DNA from: a virus | Taxonomy: Duplodnaviria > Caudoviricetes | Virus record (IMG/VR): IMGVR_UViG_3300033120_000865 | Coordinates: 38,595 to 102,594 of that record | DNA: 64,000 nt | Reading direction: 5' to 3' (one strand) | Shown: in pieces, positions 39,401-49,536 of the stretch | Layout of the letters: every line of letters starts with the position of its first letter | How positions within the stretch are numbered: position 1 is the stretch's first letter | Position numbers and translations under genes: made by a program | Notes under the pieces: generated by a model | What the model saw: the letters and a program-made list of their open reading frames with translations, nothing else | Database searches by the model: none | What the model was told of the DNA's origin: nothing

Positions 39401-42400
39401 TGAATTTAAAAAATCAAATATTATAAAAAGTGTTAATGCTAATAATATAAATAATGTAAAAGAAGAACTAAAAAATAATAATCAATTAACATCAGAAATA
39501 AATTCTCAATTAAATCAATCTGTTGAAGAGAAAATTGTAAGAGATAATACTGAAGTTGTTGCTCCAGTTATTAATCCTATTGAAAAATTTGTGACTCCTA
39601 ATAATGATAAAAATATAAAAGAGGATATTAAAAATGTACCAGAAGTTATTAAAGATAAAGCAAAACAATTTACTTTAATATCTCAAGAGCCATTATTTGA
39701 TGACAGTCCTAATCTTGGAGACCCTTCTTTAGATAGTAAATCTAATGAAGCAACTGCTGATAATAATGATTCATTGTCTTTACAACCTATTGGATTAGAT
39801 GAAAATATTCCAAGTCACAATAATATTGTTAAAAAGTATGCAGGTGTAATGCAAGCAATGAATGAGAATATTAGTAATGACTTTGGAACTAATTTAAGTG
39901 GAAAAGAAATGTTTGGTTTATTTGCTTCTCAAGTAGGATTTGATGTGGCAGAGAAACATTTTAATTTCTTTAAGAAAGCATTTCAACAAACTATTAATGA
40001 TGATAATACTAATTGGGATAATTTATATAATAAGTATTTTGATAAGATGAAGTCATTTAGTTTTAATGAAACTAATATTGAAGTACCAGTTACTGTTAAT
40101 GAAGTAAAGCAACAAGATGCTGATACTAATTCAATAATTCAAGAAGATACTAAGCCTATTGGTTATAATCAAGATAATTCTCCTATCAAATATCTTGGTA
40201 GAAAGATTGCTGTTGCTGTAAATAAAATACCTTTCTTAGGTGTAAAGTATAGAGCTATTACAAATGAACTTGATGGTAGTGTTACTTATGTAGATGATAA
40301 TGAAGGAGAATTAAATACAGAAGGAATGTCTAATTTAGATATTGTTCTTAATCCTGATTTATTAGTTGCAGGTAAAAAGTTTACTTTAGAAATTCCTGAA
40401 GATTGGAAAACAAGAGTGGTGTCTAATTGGAACAAAAATGATGTTGGTGTATTAGTACAAAATACAACTACTATGGAAGAGTGGATGCAAAGTAAAAATA
40501 TTGCAGAAGGTTCTCAAGAGTGGTTTGATAAAGTACCAATGGATATGATTATTGATGGTATAAATATAGGTTCTGGTGTTCATGATGTATCATGGTGGAA
40601 TTCAAGAAATGTAGCTGATTTTATAGATGCTACTATTAATGAAGAAAAAATAACTATTGACCAAGCTAAACAAAAACAAGAAGCAGTAATTAAAGAAGGT
40701 AGAAATATTACAAGTAATATTAGAAAGAATGTTTTCCAAGGTAATAATGAAATGATAATTACTGATAGAGAAGAAGGGCATACTCTTTCTAATACTGATG
40801 GTAAATTGAATTCTATAGCTGAAGCAAATCCTGAAGCACAAATTGCTATATTTAGTCCTCAAGGATTTATTATAAATAAAGGTGATAATGGAAATGAATA
40901 TTCAAAACTTAATATTATAAATTTAAATTCTATTACTGATAAAGGACATGTTTTTATGCTTTCAAGAATTGGTACAGAAAATAAAGATGGAAAAAATGTA
41001 CCAACTTATGTTGCTCATAAATTACATACTAACCATAATCAAGATAATTTAAATGAACTTGCTAAGTCAAGACAAAGAATGTATGATGCAGCAGATATTT
41101 TAAATAAACTTGGTAAACATATAAATCCAACTTCAGAAGAGATTAACTGGGCAGAGAGTGTAAAAAATCAAGTTAGAGTTATGACTGGTGTATCTATTGA
41201 TAATATTTCATCAGAGGGCACTAATATTCAATATATTGGTCTTGGTAAATTAAAACAATTATATCCTTTACCAGCTAAAGATAAATCTGGGTTAATGTTA
41301 TTGCCTCAACTATCTAATGTAAGTAATAAAAAATTACCAATCATACATGGAGATGGTTCTGTAACTAATTATAAATCTAAAGTAGGAGAAGGTTATAAGG
41401 CTATGTTAATGGATAATTTACATACTCAGAAAAAGTTTCATACTATTCAAGACCAGGAAGGTAATAATATTAATATTTTAGATGTACAACCTAGAATTAA
41501 ATTTGATTTAATTAATAAAGAAAAAGATGTAATTAAACAAGAGAAAAAAGAAGAAGTTAAAAAAGCTAAAGAACAAATCAGAACTGAAGCTCAAATAGTA
41601 ACAACTCCTATATCAGAAATAACTCATGGTCAAAGACAAAGAGTTGTAGAACATTTATTTCATAATATCTTAAGCTCTGTTGATATTAGTAAAGATTTTA
41701 CTAATCAAGATATATTAAGAAATATTAAAGATTCATTTGAGAATCATTTATCTGATATTAAAGGAACTAAAGAATATGATTATTTATCTGAAAATAAGGA
41801 TTCTATATTAGGTCTTGGTTCTTTTAGTAATGATATTAATACAGTTAAATCAGAACTTGAATCATTTTTGAATCAAGAATTTTTAGATGAGAATGAAGAT
41901 GTAGAGACTCAATTAAATGATGAAGGACAATTTGAAAAAAATAATAACAAAGCCTCATTTGAAAATGATGTAAGAACTTCTTTATCAACTAAACTTAAAA
42001 TGTTTTTTGCAGGTATTGAAAAAGATAGTTCTAAATCAGTGACAGATGAATTTGCTGGGTTAAGTTCTTACTATGGATTAGATGAAGTAATTGGTGGGCT
42101 ACAAGATATGTTGGTAAATGTATCTAATAGTCCAGTAGCATTTACAAATAAAATTCAAAATCAAATTGATAAGAATCCAGATGAGTTTGGATTTCTACAA
42201 TCTGTGTTGAATAAATTTGAATCAGCTCCTATTGAAATACAAAAAGAAATTCTTTTTAGATTAAATCAAACTAAAAATGAAATGGCTTTTGTAATGTATT
42301 CTAAATCTAAAAGTGGTAATTATACTTTAATGGCTTATGATGCTAACTCTAAAAATCCTAATATAAAAACTAAATTAGAATGGCAAGAGAATTTCAAACA

Positions 42401-45400
42401 ATCTAATTTAATTGAAAATTATGGAGATAATTATAAAGTAAAACAAGATAAAGCTGGGCAACTAATCAATCAATATAATTCTTGGAAAGGTAAATATGAA
42501 AATGTTTCTAATAAAGAATATGTAGATTGGTTAAAACATTTTGGTGTTCTTGTGTCTGAAAAAACTATTCAAGATTACAAAGATGGATTGGTTGAAGGTA
42601 ATATTAATTTTCCTGGTGTCTTTGCTATAAATGGTGGTGTATTTGGGACTTTATATAATAATCTTAATCATATTATTACTAAACAAAATAATGATGCTGA
42701 GATTGTATTTAAATATAGAAATGAAAATAAAAATGATAAAGGTGCATTTAATCTTCTAACAAATAATAATAATGGTTTTTTAAAAACTATGATTGATGTA
42801 CAAGTAAGTAATACTTTTACTTTAGCAAGTAGTATGTATATTGGTGGAAAAACTATTAATGCTTTTTCTCAACCAAATTATACAACTGAACAATTAAGAA
42901 AAATAAAAGATGAAACAAATCCTTTAAATCAAAATTTAAGAGATACTGCTTTTTCTAAAAATAGTTTATTATTAAATTTAATTCAAAATCCTAAAATTAA
43001 GAATGCATTAAATATTGGGTATGTAAGTTTACAATCTTTAAAACAACAAGGTCAGAAAGCTTATCAAGATTCAGAAATTGTGGATTTATCTTCTCAAGAT
43101 TATGATTTATTACTACAAGGTTTCTTTGAAAATGAAGGAGCTTATTTTAAAAATCAAGAATTAGAGGATAAAGGTATTTCATTAAGAGAAACTAAAATGA
43201 CTTTCCCTACTCTTTCAGATTCTTCTCAAATGTTTGTATTCAATACTGTTGGATTAGATTTGAAAAAAGGTAACTTTACTTTTGAAGATGATAAAATTAA
43301 AATGAATCAAGAGGTAGTTGATGTTTTATATAGTCAATTAGTTAAACCAGATTTAGATAGAATGGAAGCATTCTTAAAATCTACTGGTAATACAAATATA
43401 CAAGGATTAGATTTAGGTTCTCAATTGTTTACAATGATACCAAGTCTTAATACTTTACAAGTTGAATTAAATGATAATAAAGTTAAATTATTGACTGTAT
43501 TACATACAGCAATTAAAAATGGAAATAATATAGATGATATTATTGAAGATTATAAACATTTGATTAATAATAAATTACAACAACTTATTTCAAGTAGTAC
43601 TGAATCTAAATTAAGAATTGAAGATAATAAACTTGCAGGTTCTTGGGTTGTTAATGGATTTGTTAAGAATGCTGAAAATGAATCTTCAGATATTGATATT
43701 AGTTTCTTAGACTCTAAATATTTAACATCAAGAGGTACAAATGTTAAATTAGAATCTGCTAGAATAGCAGCTTATGATTTTACTATTAACTATTATATTA
43801 ATCAAGCTAATATTCAAATGCTATTTGCTGGAGATATTTCTAATTATGTTCAAGATAAACAAGCTTCTAAGTTTAATTTAGATAGTAATGGAAGACCTGA
43901 TTTAACAAAACCTAAAGTGTCTGTTGATGTTAGTGAAGACCAATTATTGAAAGAACAACAAATTTATACAGACTTGATTAAAGCAACTTCTGTAAATATG
44001 TCTAAAAGGTTAAAAGAATTAATTAGTCCTGGTAACAGGTTAGCTGAAAGTTCTAATGAAAAATACATTCAATTAATGGTAAATGATGTTGAAGAATCAT
44101 CTAATACATTAGAGTCTTTAGTTAAAATGTGGTATTCAGAATTATATCAAGAGAATAAAAAAGATATTCAAAAACTAAAAGAATTAGAGAAAAATATAAG
44201 AAAAGAAAATAAAGAAGGTAAGTCAGCTAAAGTTTCAGAAGGTGAATATAATGCAATCAAGAAATCATTACAAAATAAATTTCCTGATATAGCTGATTAT
44301 TTTAATATTACAGCAACTGATGCACAAGAATACACATCATGGAATGAACATTTAAATACTCTACTTAATCAAGGTAGAATACAACAAAATACTTATGATA
44401 GTATAACAAGTAAATTAAAATCTCAAAGTGATGAAGGATTAAATATTAATAATAAATTAAATAAAGATGAAAAGAAAGTAATATTTCAAGTAATTAAACC
44501 TTTACATGCAGGTATGTATTTTGAAGATTTAAAAGATTCTAATGGAGAAGTATTATCCAAAATACAAAGATATGTATATGTTAAGACATCATCATTTCCT
44601 TTACTACCTGAATTAACTTATGGTCTTGAATTAGATAATCTAAGAAAGAATGTTGAGCAATTAGAAAACAAAACTGGTAAAAAAGTTAGAGTTTCTTATC
44701 AATCAGGAAATAAAGTAGGTGCAGTTAAAAATGCAATAAATATGTCTGAGTTGTATTCAGAATACACTCCTGATTTAGAATCTAAAATAATGGCTAGTTC
44801 TGCTATACTTGATAGAGAGAATTTTTCTATTCAACAAGATAAACCATTTAAGACTGATAAAAATATTAAAGCAAACAAAAGAGATGAGATTAATAGAGGA
44901 ACTCAATTTGAGAAAATTTTATTAGGTAATGGTATTAACCAAATATCTGAGAAAATATTTCCTAATAAATTTGATAGTTCTTTATTAGAATCATTAGGTA
45001 TTAATGACACTGATGGTAAAATATCTGGTAAAGATTTATATTCAATTTATACAAATCTTTATACTCAAGAGCAAAATATTCTAAGAAATCAATTATATAA
45101 TTCATTAGGATTAAATAATAATGGTGATTGGGTTAATAATATTGAGACTTTAGAGCAAATTAAAAATGCTTTAAATAAAAGATTATCTAATCAACAAGAT
45201 AAAGAAATTTTAGAATTATCTTATATTGTTCCAGAAGAAGAGAATGGTAAATTAGTCAATCACTATTATACTAAAAAACAAATGGAAGAAAAAGGTCTAA
45301 AACCTACAAGAGCAGAGTTTAATATTCCTATTTGGATGTCTCCAAATTCAAGAAAATTTGAATCAGTTCTTAATTCAATTGTTAATAATAAATTAGTGAA

Positions 45401-48400
45401 TCTAAAATTACCAGGATTCTCATCTCCTGTAGCATCTCAAGAAGGATTTACTTTTACAGATGATTTAAGTAATAAAACAGGAATTATTTTTACAGATAGT
45501 TTTGATGGTGAATTAAAAGCAACTCATAATTCTGATAGTAGTTTAAAATCTGCTCAAGTATTAGTGGCTTCTAAATTTAGAGTTAAAAAGAAAAATGAAG
45601 ATACAGGTAAATATACAGATGAATTATTAGATTTGACTCAATATACAAAAGTAAATGAAGATGGAAAAACTGTATTAGATATAGATAGAATTAATCCAGA
45701 TTTATTACAAATGTTTTCTTTTAGAATCCCAACCTCAGCTCACCAATCAGGTGCTTTAATTGAGATTGTTGGTTTTTTACCTCATAGCTCTGGAGATTTA
45801 ATGATTGTACCAAAAGACCATACTACTCAATTAGGAGAAGATTATGATATTGATACAAGATATGTTTATTCACAAAATTATAGAATAGATAGTAAAAATA
45901 ATGTAAGAAAAATTGATGCAGAATATATCAATAGAAGAATTGATATGTTAGATGAAAATTTAAAATCAGAACAAGAGACTGAAAAACAAATAGATGAAAT
46001 ATTTAATTTGTTTGATGCTATAAAAAATAATGAAGAGATTCAAAATATATTTGCTAATGAAAGAACAAGTCAAGAACAAAAAGTTCAAATTTTAAAAGAT
46101 AAATTAAATCATATGTTAATTGAGAATCAAATAGTTGATGTATATAAATCAATCTATTCTTCAACTAATAATAAAGTTCAAAAAATGATTGGAGCTACTT
46201 TATCTACTAAATTTGCTGAAGATACTGCTGAAGCTATTGATAGTAAATTAAACAGTCAAAAAGATGAAAGTAATTTTTCAATATTTGATGATGCTCATCA
46301 GAAATCAATACTTAAGTTAGGAGCTTCTGGTAAATTAGGAATTGGTGTACACTCTAACTGGGTTGTATTAAATTCTTTGTTTCAACAAATGGAAATAAAA
46401 CCTAAATTGGTTAGTGGATATAATGCAAAAATAGGAAAAGAAATACCATTTAACATGACTATTGGTAATTTTACTTCTTATGGTAACTTAGGAGAAATAA
46501 ATGGATTAGAACCTAATAGAAATATTAAAGGATTTATTCCAAGAACTTTAGCTGTTATTAATATGGAGTCTCAAAACTCTGCTACTGATAATCAGAAATT
46601 GCAGATTATGGGTAGAAGAAATGAGAATAAATATACTATTAATGTATTTGCTTTAATGTCTAATCTTGGATTTGATAAAGATATAGTAAATGGAAATGAA
46701 TTATCATTACCATCTTTATTTATCTCTCAACCAATTATTAGAAGATATGTGCAATTAAAAGAACAATATGATTCTATTATGTCTGATTATCAAGAAAATG
46801 TTGATGAAAAAATAAAAGGACAATTAGTAGAGGAATTTGGAGAGGGTGTGGATTTTGTTAATGATAAAGCTTTTGGTTTAAGAATGAATTTTGACCAAAT
46901 GAAAGGAATAGAGAAAACTGAATTAACTTCACAAAAATTATATGATAGTTTATTAGTAGGTCCAAATGCTCAACAATGGGCTGTATATGAAAAGTTTATG
47001 GATTTATCAGCACATGCTATGAATATTAATAAAGTGCAACAACTTGCAAATATTGATAGTGATGGATTAGGTATATCATTTTTTAATACAATTAATAAAA
47101 AAGATTCATTGTTGTTACAAATGACTTCTAATAATTTAAATATAGAAGGTATTGAAGGTTTATTTGGTAAACAAGAAGTTATTAGTAATGATGATGAGAA
47201 TGCTCAAATAGAATTAATTAATGAAGGTTATATCAAAGTAGAAACACAAGATGTTTATAGTGTATTTGTAAAACCTACATCACCTTTAAATGGAAAATTA
47301 ATAAGTTCTATTGCTTCTGGTTACAATTTATGGAAAAATGTATTACCATTTGAAGATGAATTTATTGATGAACAAATTACTAATATTATTGATATTACAG
47401 GAAAGACTCCTGATACTAAAAATGGATTAGAATTAAAATATAAAATAGTTTCTGAAATGAAAGATTTTATATATTCTTATTCAAATCTTGGTATTTTTGA
47501 TAAAGGCACTGATGAAGAAAGAAAAAGTTTATTTATAGACACTGATACTAATGAATCATTAGCATCTTATCTTAATAATCTTAAAAAATCTGGTCATAAA
47601 TTATTTAATGAACCATTTTTTAAAGATTTAGAATTTGTAATTAACAAAAACAATGATGCTTCATTAGTTAAATATACAACTAATGACAGAACTAATTTTA
47701 ATAAGAACTCAGTTTATAATACATTTAGTGTATTAAATGAATCAAAACAATCATTACCAGAATATAATGGCAAAGAATATAGTTTTGAATTATTAGCAAA
47801 AGACTTAACAAAATATAGTTTGCTTGCTAACCAAGAAAATGGAGCAATTGGATTTAGAAATTATATTCCTTTATCTATATTAAGTAAATATAAAGTGAGT
47901 GACAATTTAAGAAGATATTCTGGAGTTGGTAAAAATAGTAGTCATAATTTATTATTAAATGGTAATTTTAAAGGATTGATGAATATTATAGGAGCTTATC
48001 AAATTAATGCAGATAATACAATTGATGTGAATCAAGGTTCTACTAAAGATATTCAAAGTAATGTTGATGTTATTAATACTAAGTATGGTACATCATCTTT
48101 AGTTTATGATAAAAATAATAGTAGAATAATTGTAAATACAGATTTATCTAATTTTAAAAGTATTTTTATTAGACAGTTCTTTCAACATAATCCATCAGAA
48201 GCTAAAAAGTTCAATTGGAATAATAAAAAAGATTGGCTTAAACAAGGTAGTACTTCTAAATTAGAAAATCTTGAATGGTTTGAAGTTTCAAAAGAATTAC
48301 CTGAATATATATCTATTAGAGATTCTAAAAATAGTATGTTCTTATTATTTGAAAAAGATATAAATGGAATTTATAGAAAAGTAAATACATTAGGTGGATT

Positions 48401-49490
48401 TGGATTTAATGAATATTCTCCTTTTGTGAATAATCAACAATCATTATTAGATGTAAATGTAAAAACAAATATTATAAGTACTCAACCAATTTCTAAAACT
48501 GTCAATATTAGTGATGATTTTGGAATATCAAATGGAGTATCTTATTTATTAGAAACTATTATTAGTGATAATTCTAAATTTAAAGATGTAGCTAAATTAA
48601 TATTACCTTATATTAATGATGTAAAAATTGAAGCTAAAGATTTGAAAGGAATGGCTAATGGTATTTATGTTCCTCTTCAACAAGGTGGAAATATTAATAC
48701 TAAAGTGGGAGATTTAAATAGAGGTACAGTTTATATTTCACAAGAACTTATTGATAGTGGAAATAAAGAGAAGATAAACTATGCAATTATGGAAGAATTA
48801 GTTCATGCATTGACTGTTGATACTGTTGATAAATATGTTAATACAAGAGAGACTTATCTTAATGAAAATGGTGAAACAAATGTTCAATATCTAAATGATA
48901 ATCCACCAACTTTTATTATAAAATTAGTGTCTCTATTTAAAGCAGGTTCTAGTCATATATTAAATAAATATGATAAATCATCTGATATTAAAGATTCAAT
49001 TGGTTTAATAAATGAACAAAAAGCAATATGGAACAATGATACTGAAAGTAAATTCTATACTAATGAAAATACAGAAGATAATGATTTAAAAGTAGATACT
49101 TATAGAACATTAAATTTAGGAGAGTTTATAGCAGGAGTAATGTTATCTGATAAATTTAGAAGTGAGATGGATAAAGTGGAATTTAAAAGTTCTGGTAAAT
49201 CAATCTTATCACAATTTGCAAGTATTATTACAAAAATTATAAATTCTTTATCTCCTGAAGCTGTTAAAGATTCTGTAACTGAACATACATTTGATGCAGT
49301 AATGTCATTATTAAATAATATGGAAGAAGAAATTAGTCCAGTAAACAAGTCTGGTTTTAATGAAACTGAAGCTGATATTAAAGCTCAAGAATTATTAAAT
49401 AATAATCCTGAGAATGATGTAAAAAATGAGAATAGTATTGATTTACAACCAATGAATTTAAATGAAGTATTAAAAATTAAAACCTGCTAA
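36462..49490 (+). CDS. virion-packaged DNA-dependent RNA polymerase polyprotein
   Basis: 4342 aa; TDAQEY, FRIPTSAHQS and catalytic-type GEDYDIDT (45840-45854) resembling the crAss-like DFDID motif; C-terminal EELVH zincin-like region. Confidence 0.85.
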   Translation: MSKKRYSDPTYQNVVNKNYTGNVDETGVNANKVITNILQGEDNKTNSISHPEGWDDLLIQADNQEQKAIQEKADNAKIIEELGKEQQHFDLAKQNKTQESWYSGIVNFFDAFEDRNTLAGYTNENGKWYKKESESGSFFGKQLHKEVPFEEVQNLIDKQANKMTTSGAYQAGVGIDNVLNKAWEDGVVNGIKGLGSLITRGVTGNWDNVNDAQIKSLWNRTKYYGANTLDLFNDAITSADAGLEKEAEDPNSPFSFLMSNKEQDVRNSKYDKEYKNIQVEGQKSLDTRFEEEKKRRASGDKLFIDKIYDMSGVAEDNEYRNQQTLMKQTISERALELENRKKKSFSNVDDVINPGTFKYVDDSKGINMDLPLEMLGGDDGKSKSVWDVKKLVIDASGKPVLDEKNSPIYADKYSFTEKLAKSNWDVMSDAYYLQDDFAQGAGTALGFVIGGKGTNALVEGVTEGIGKVANVAAKGFNLENKLFNYTNKILSKTSQVTEPFGKTINTVDNIAFKKAVNVVNDKVSRAINTTAQSYIMTDSESETIGTQVQKTVLDEQIDKYANININGIVNDLKQNGKFSSDSTLFLQAKMQAETLRKKWAEENPKLFNEVLLQAQLAKEQARGINNINFINNITSAGLFVKGKSFARNLIDNPFSKKALMKSAWTLSHEMVQEGLIEEGLINGFAQKAGEETGRMKFYDTSDFMKNDVGSADFAENVFAGALLGGLQTGGTKAVNVVSEYEHFKDQKKTVNELSSIGSLDIKENIKKVIEYSLDKNNNEVVAQKMNDLLAEGKEAEANTLADTLLLNKSVKAANTGTTEVLNKSLQELMKNEDLTPEDKQELQKAITFNNKIADTYDAHIQYNNKKDIIENRGNKELLENYKQEIIQSLSDIEMDYNNNLERQIRKEIGPESTYASDNYNEIFENKKQSSKLPSDHRASVELANAKKQIEELQNTQDELDDKYDYLVSDKGQQEYAVKINEFKKSNIIKSVNANNINNVKEELKNNNQLTSEINSQLNQSVEEKIVRDNTEVVAPVINPIEKFVTPNNDKNIKEDIKNVPEVIKDKAKQFTLISQEPLFDDSPNLGDPSLDSKSNEATADNNDSLSLQPIGLDENIPSHNNIVKKYAGVMQAMNENISNDFGTNLSGKEMFGLFASQVGFDVAEKHFNFFKKAFQQTINDDNTNWDNLYNKYFDKMKSFSFNETNIEVPVTVNEVKQQDADTNSIIQEDTKPIGYNQDNSPIKYLGRKIAVAVNKIPFLGVKYRAITNELDGSVTYVDDNEGELNTEGMSNLDIVLNPDLLVAGKKFTLEIPEDWKTRVVSNWNKNDVGVLVQNTTTMEEWMQSKNIAEGSQEWFDKVPMDMIIDGINIGSGVHDVSWWNSRNVADFIDATINEEKITIDQAKQKQEAVIKEGRNITSNIRKNVFQGNNEMIITDREEGHTLSNTDGKLNSIAEANPEAQIAIFSPQGFIINKGDNGNEYSKLNIINLNSITDKGHVFMLSRIGTENKDGKNVPTYVAHKLHTNHNQDNLNELAKSRQRMYDAADILNKLGKHINPTSEEINWAESVKNQVRVMTGVSIDNISSEGTNIQYIGLGKLKQLYPLPAKDKSGLMLLPQLSNVSNKKLPIIHGDGSVTNYKSKVGEGYKAMLMDNLHTQKKFHTIQDQEGNNINILDVQPRIKFDLINKEKDVIKQEKKEEVKKAKEQIRTEAQIVTTPISEITHGQRQRVVEHLFHNILSSVDISKDFTNQDILRNIKDSFENHLSDIKGTKEYDYLSENKDSILGLGSFSNDINTVKSELESFLNQEFLDENEDVETQLNDEGQFEKNNNKASFENDVRTSLSTKLKMFFAGIEKDSSKSVTDEFAGLSSYYGLDEVIGGLQDMLVNVSNSPVAFTNKIQNQIDKNPDEFGFLQSVLNKFESAPIEIQKEILFRLNQTKNEMAFVMYSKSKSGNYTLMAYDANSKNPNIKTKLEWQENFKQSNLIENYGDNYKVKQDKAGQLINQYNSWKGKYENVSNKEYVDWLKHFGVLVSEKTIQDYKDGLVEGNINFPGVFAINGGVFGTLYNNLNHIITKQNNDAEIVFKYRNENKNDKGAFNLLTNNNNGFLKTMIDVQVSNTFTLASSMYIGGKTINAFSQPNYTTEQLRKIKDETNPLNQNLRDTAFSKNSLLLNLIQNPKIKNALNIGYVSLQSLKQQGQKAYQDSEIVDLSSQDYDLLLQGFFENEGAYFKNQELEDKGISLRETKMTFPTLSDSSQMFVFNTVGLDLKKGNFTFEDDKIKMNQEVVDVLYSQLVKPDLDRMEAFLKSTGNTNIQGLDLGSQLFTMIPSLNTLQVELNDNKVKLLTVLHTAIKNGNNIDDIIEDYKHLINNKLQQLISSSTESKLRIEDNKLAGSWVVNGFVKNAENESSDIDISFLDSKYLTSRGTNVKLESARIAAYDFTINYYINQANIQMLFAGDISNYVQDKQASKFNLDSNGRPDLTKPKVSVDVSEDQLLKEQQIYTDLIKATSVNMSKRLKELISPGNRLAESSNEKYIQLMVNDVEESSNTLESLVKMWYSELYQENKKDIQKLKELEKNIRKENKEGKSAKVSEGEYNAIKKSLQNKFPDIADYFNITATDAQEYTSWNEHLNTLLNQGRIQQNTYDSITSKLKSQSDEGLNINNKLNKDEKKVIFQVIKPLHAGMYFEDLKDSNGEVLSKIQRYVYVKTSSFPLLPELTYGLELDNLRKNVEQLENKTGKKVRVSYQSGNKVGAVKNAINMSELYSEYTPDLESKIMASSAILDRENFSIQQDKPFKTDKNIKANKRDEINRGTQFEKILLGNGINQISEKIFPNKFDSSLLESLGINDTDGKISGKDLYSIYTNLYTQEQNILRNQLYNSLGLNNNGDWVNNIETLEQIKNALNKRLSNQQDKEILELSYIVPEEENGKLVNHYYTKKQMEEKGLKPTRAEFNIPIWMSPNSRKFESVLNSIVNNKLVNLKLPGFSSPVASQEGFTFTDDLSNKTGIIFTDSFDGELKATHNSDSSLKSAQVLVASKFRVKKKNEDTGKYTDELLDLTQYTKVNEDGKTVLDIDRINPDLLQMFSFRIPTSAHQSGALIEIVGFLPHSSGDLMIVPKDHTTQLGEDYDIDTRYVYSQNYRIDSKNNVRKIDAEYINRRIDMLDENLKSEQETEKQIDEIFNLFDAIKNNEEIQNIFANERTSQEQKVQILKDKLNHMLIENQIVDVYKSIYSSTNNKVQKMIGATLSTKFAEDTAEAIDSKLNSQKDESNFSIFDDAHQKSILKLGASGKLGIGVHSNWVVLNSLFQQMEIKPKLVSGYNAKIGKEIPFNMTIGNFTSYGNLGEINGLEPNRNIKGFIPRTLAVINMESQNSATDNQKLQIMGRRNENKYTINVFALMSNLGFDKDIVNGNELSLPSLFISQPIIRRYVQLKEQYDSIMSDYQENVDEKIKGQLVEEFGEGVDFVNDKAFGLRMNFDQMKGIEKTELTSQKLYDSLLVGPNAQQWAVYEKFMDLSAHAMNINKVQQLANIDSDGLGISFFNTINKKDSLLLQMTSNNLNIEGIEGLFGKQEVISNDDENAQIELINEGYIKVETQDVYSVFVKPTSPLNGKLISSIASGYNLWKNVLPFEDEFIDEQITNIIDITGKTPDTKNGLELKYKIVSEMKDFIYSYSNLGIFDKGTDEERKSLFIDTDTNESLASYLNNLKKSGHKLFNEPFFKDLEFVINKNNDASLVKYTTNDRTNFNKNSVYNTFSVLNESKQSLPEYNGKEYSFELLAKDLTKYSLLANQENGAIGFRNYIPLSILSKYKVSDNLRRYSGVGKNSSHNLLLNGNFKGLMNIIGAYQINADNTIDVNQGSTKDIQSNVDVINTKYGTSSLVYDKNNSRIIVNTDLSNFKSIFIRQFFQHNPSEAKKFNWNNKKDWLKQGSTSKLENLEWFEVSKELPEYISIRDSKNSMFLLFEKDINGIYRKVNTLGGFGFNEYSPFVNNQQSLLDVNVKTNIISTQPISKTVNISDDFGISNGVSYLLETIISDNSKFKDVAKLILPYINDVKIEAKDLKGMANGIYVPLQQGGNINTKVGDLNRGTVYISQELIDSGNKEKINYAIMEELVHALTVDTVDKYVNTRETYLNENGETNVQYLNDNPPTFIIKLVSLFKAGSSHILNKYDKSSDIKDSIGLINEQKAIWNNDTESKFYTNENTEDNDLKVDTYRTLNLGEFIAGVMLSDKFRSEMDKVEFKSSGKSILSQFASIITKIINSLSPEAVKDSVTEHTFDAVMSLLNNMEEEISPVNKSGFNETEADIKAQELLNNNPENDVKNENSIDLQPMNLNEVLKIKTC

Positions 49491-49505
49491 GATTGATTTA
49501 TTTCA

Positions 49506-49513
49506 TATCTTTG
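49506..49513 (+). promoter_or_regulatory. TAnnTTTG -7 box
   Basis: TATCTTTG in gap before 49537. Confidence 0.5.
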
Positions 49514-49536
49514 TTAAAAATTTTAAATAAAACTAT

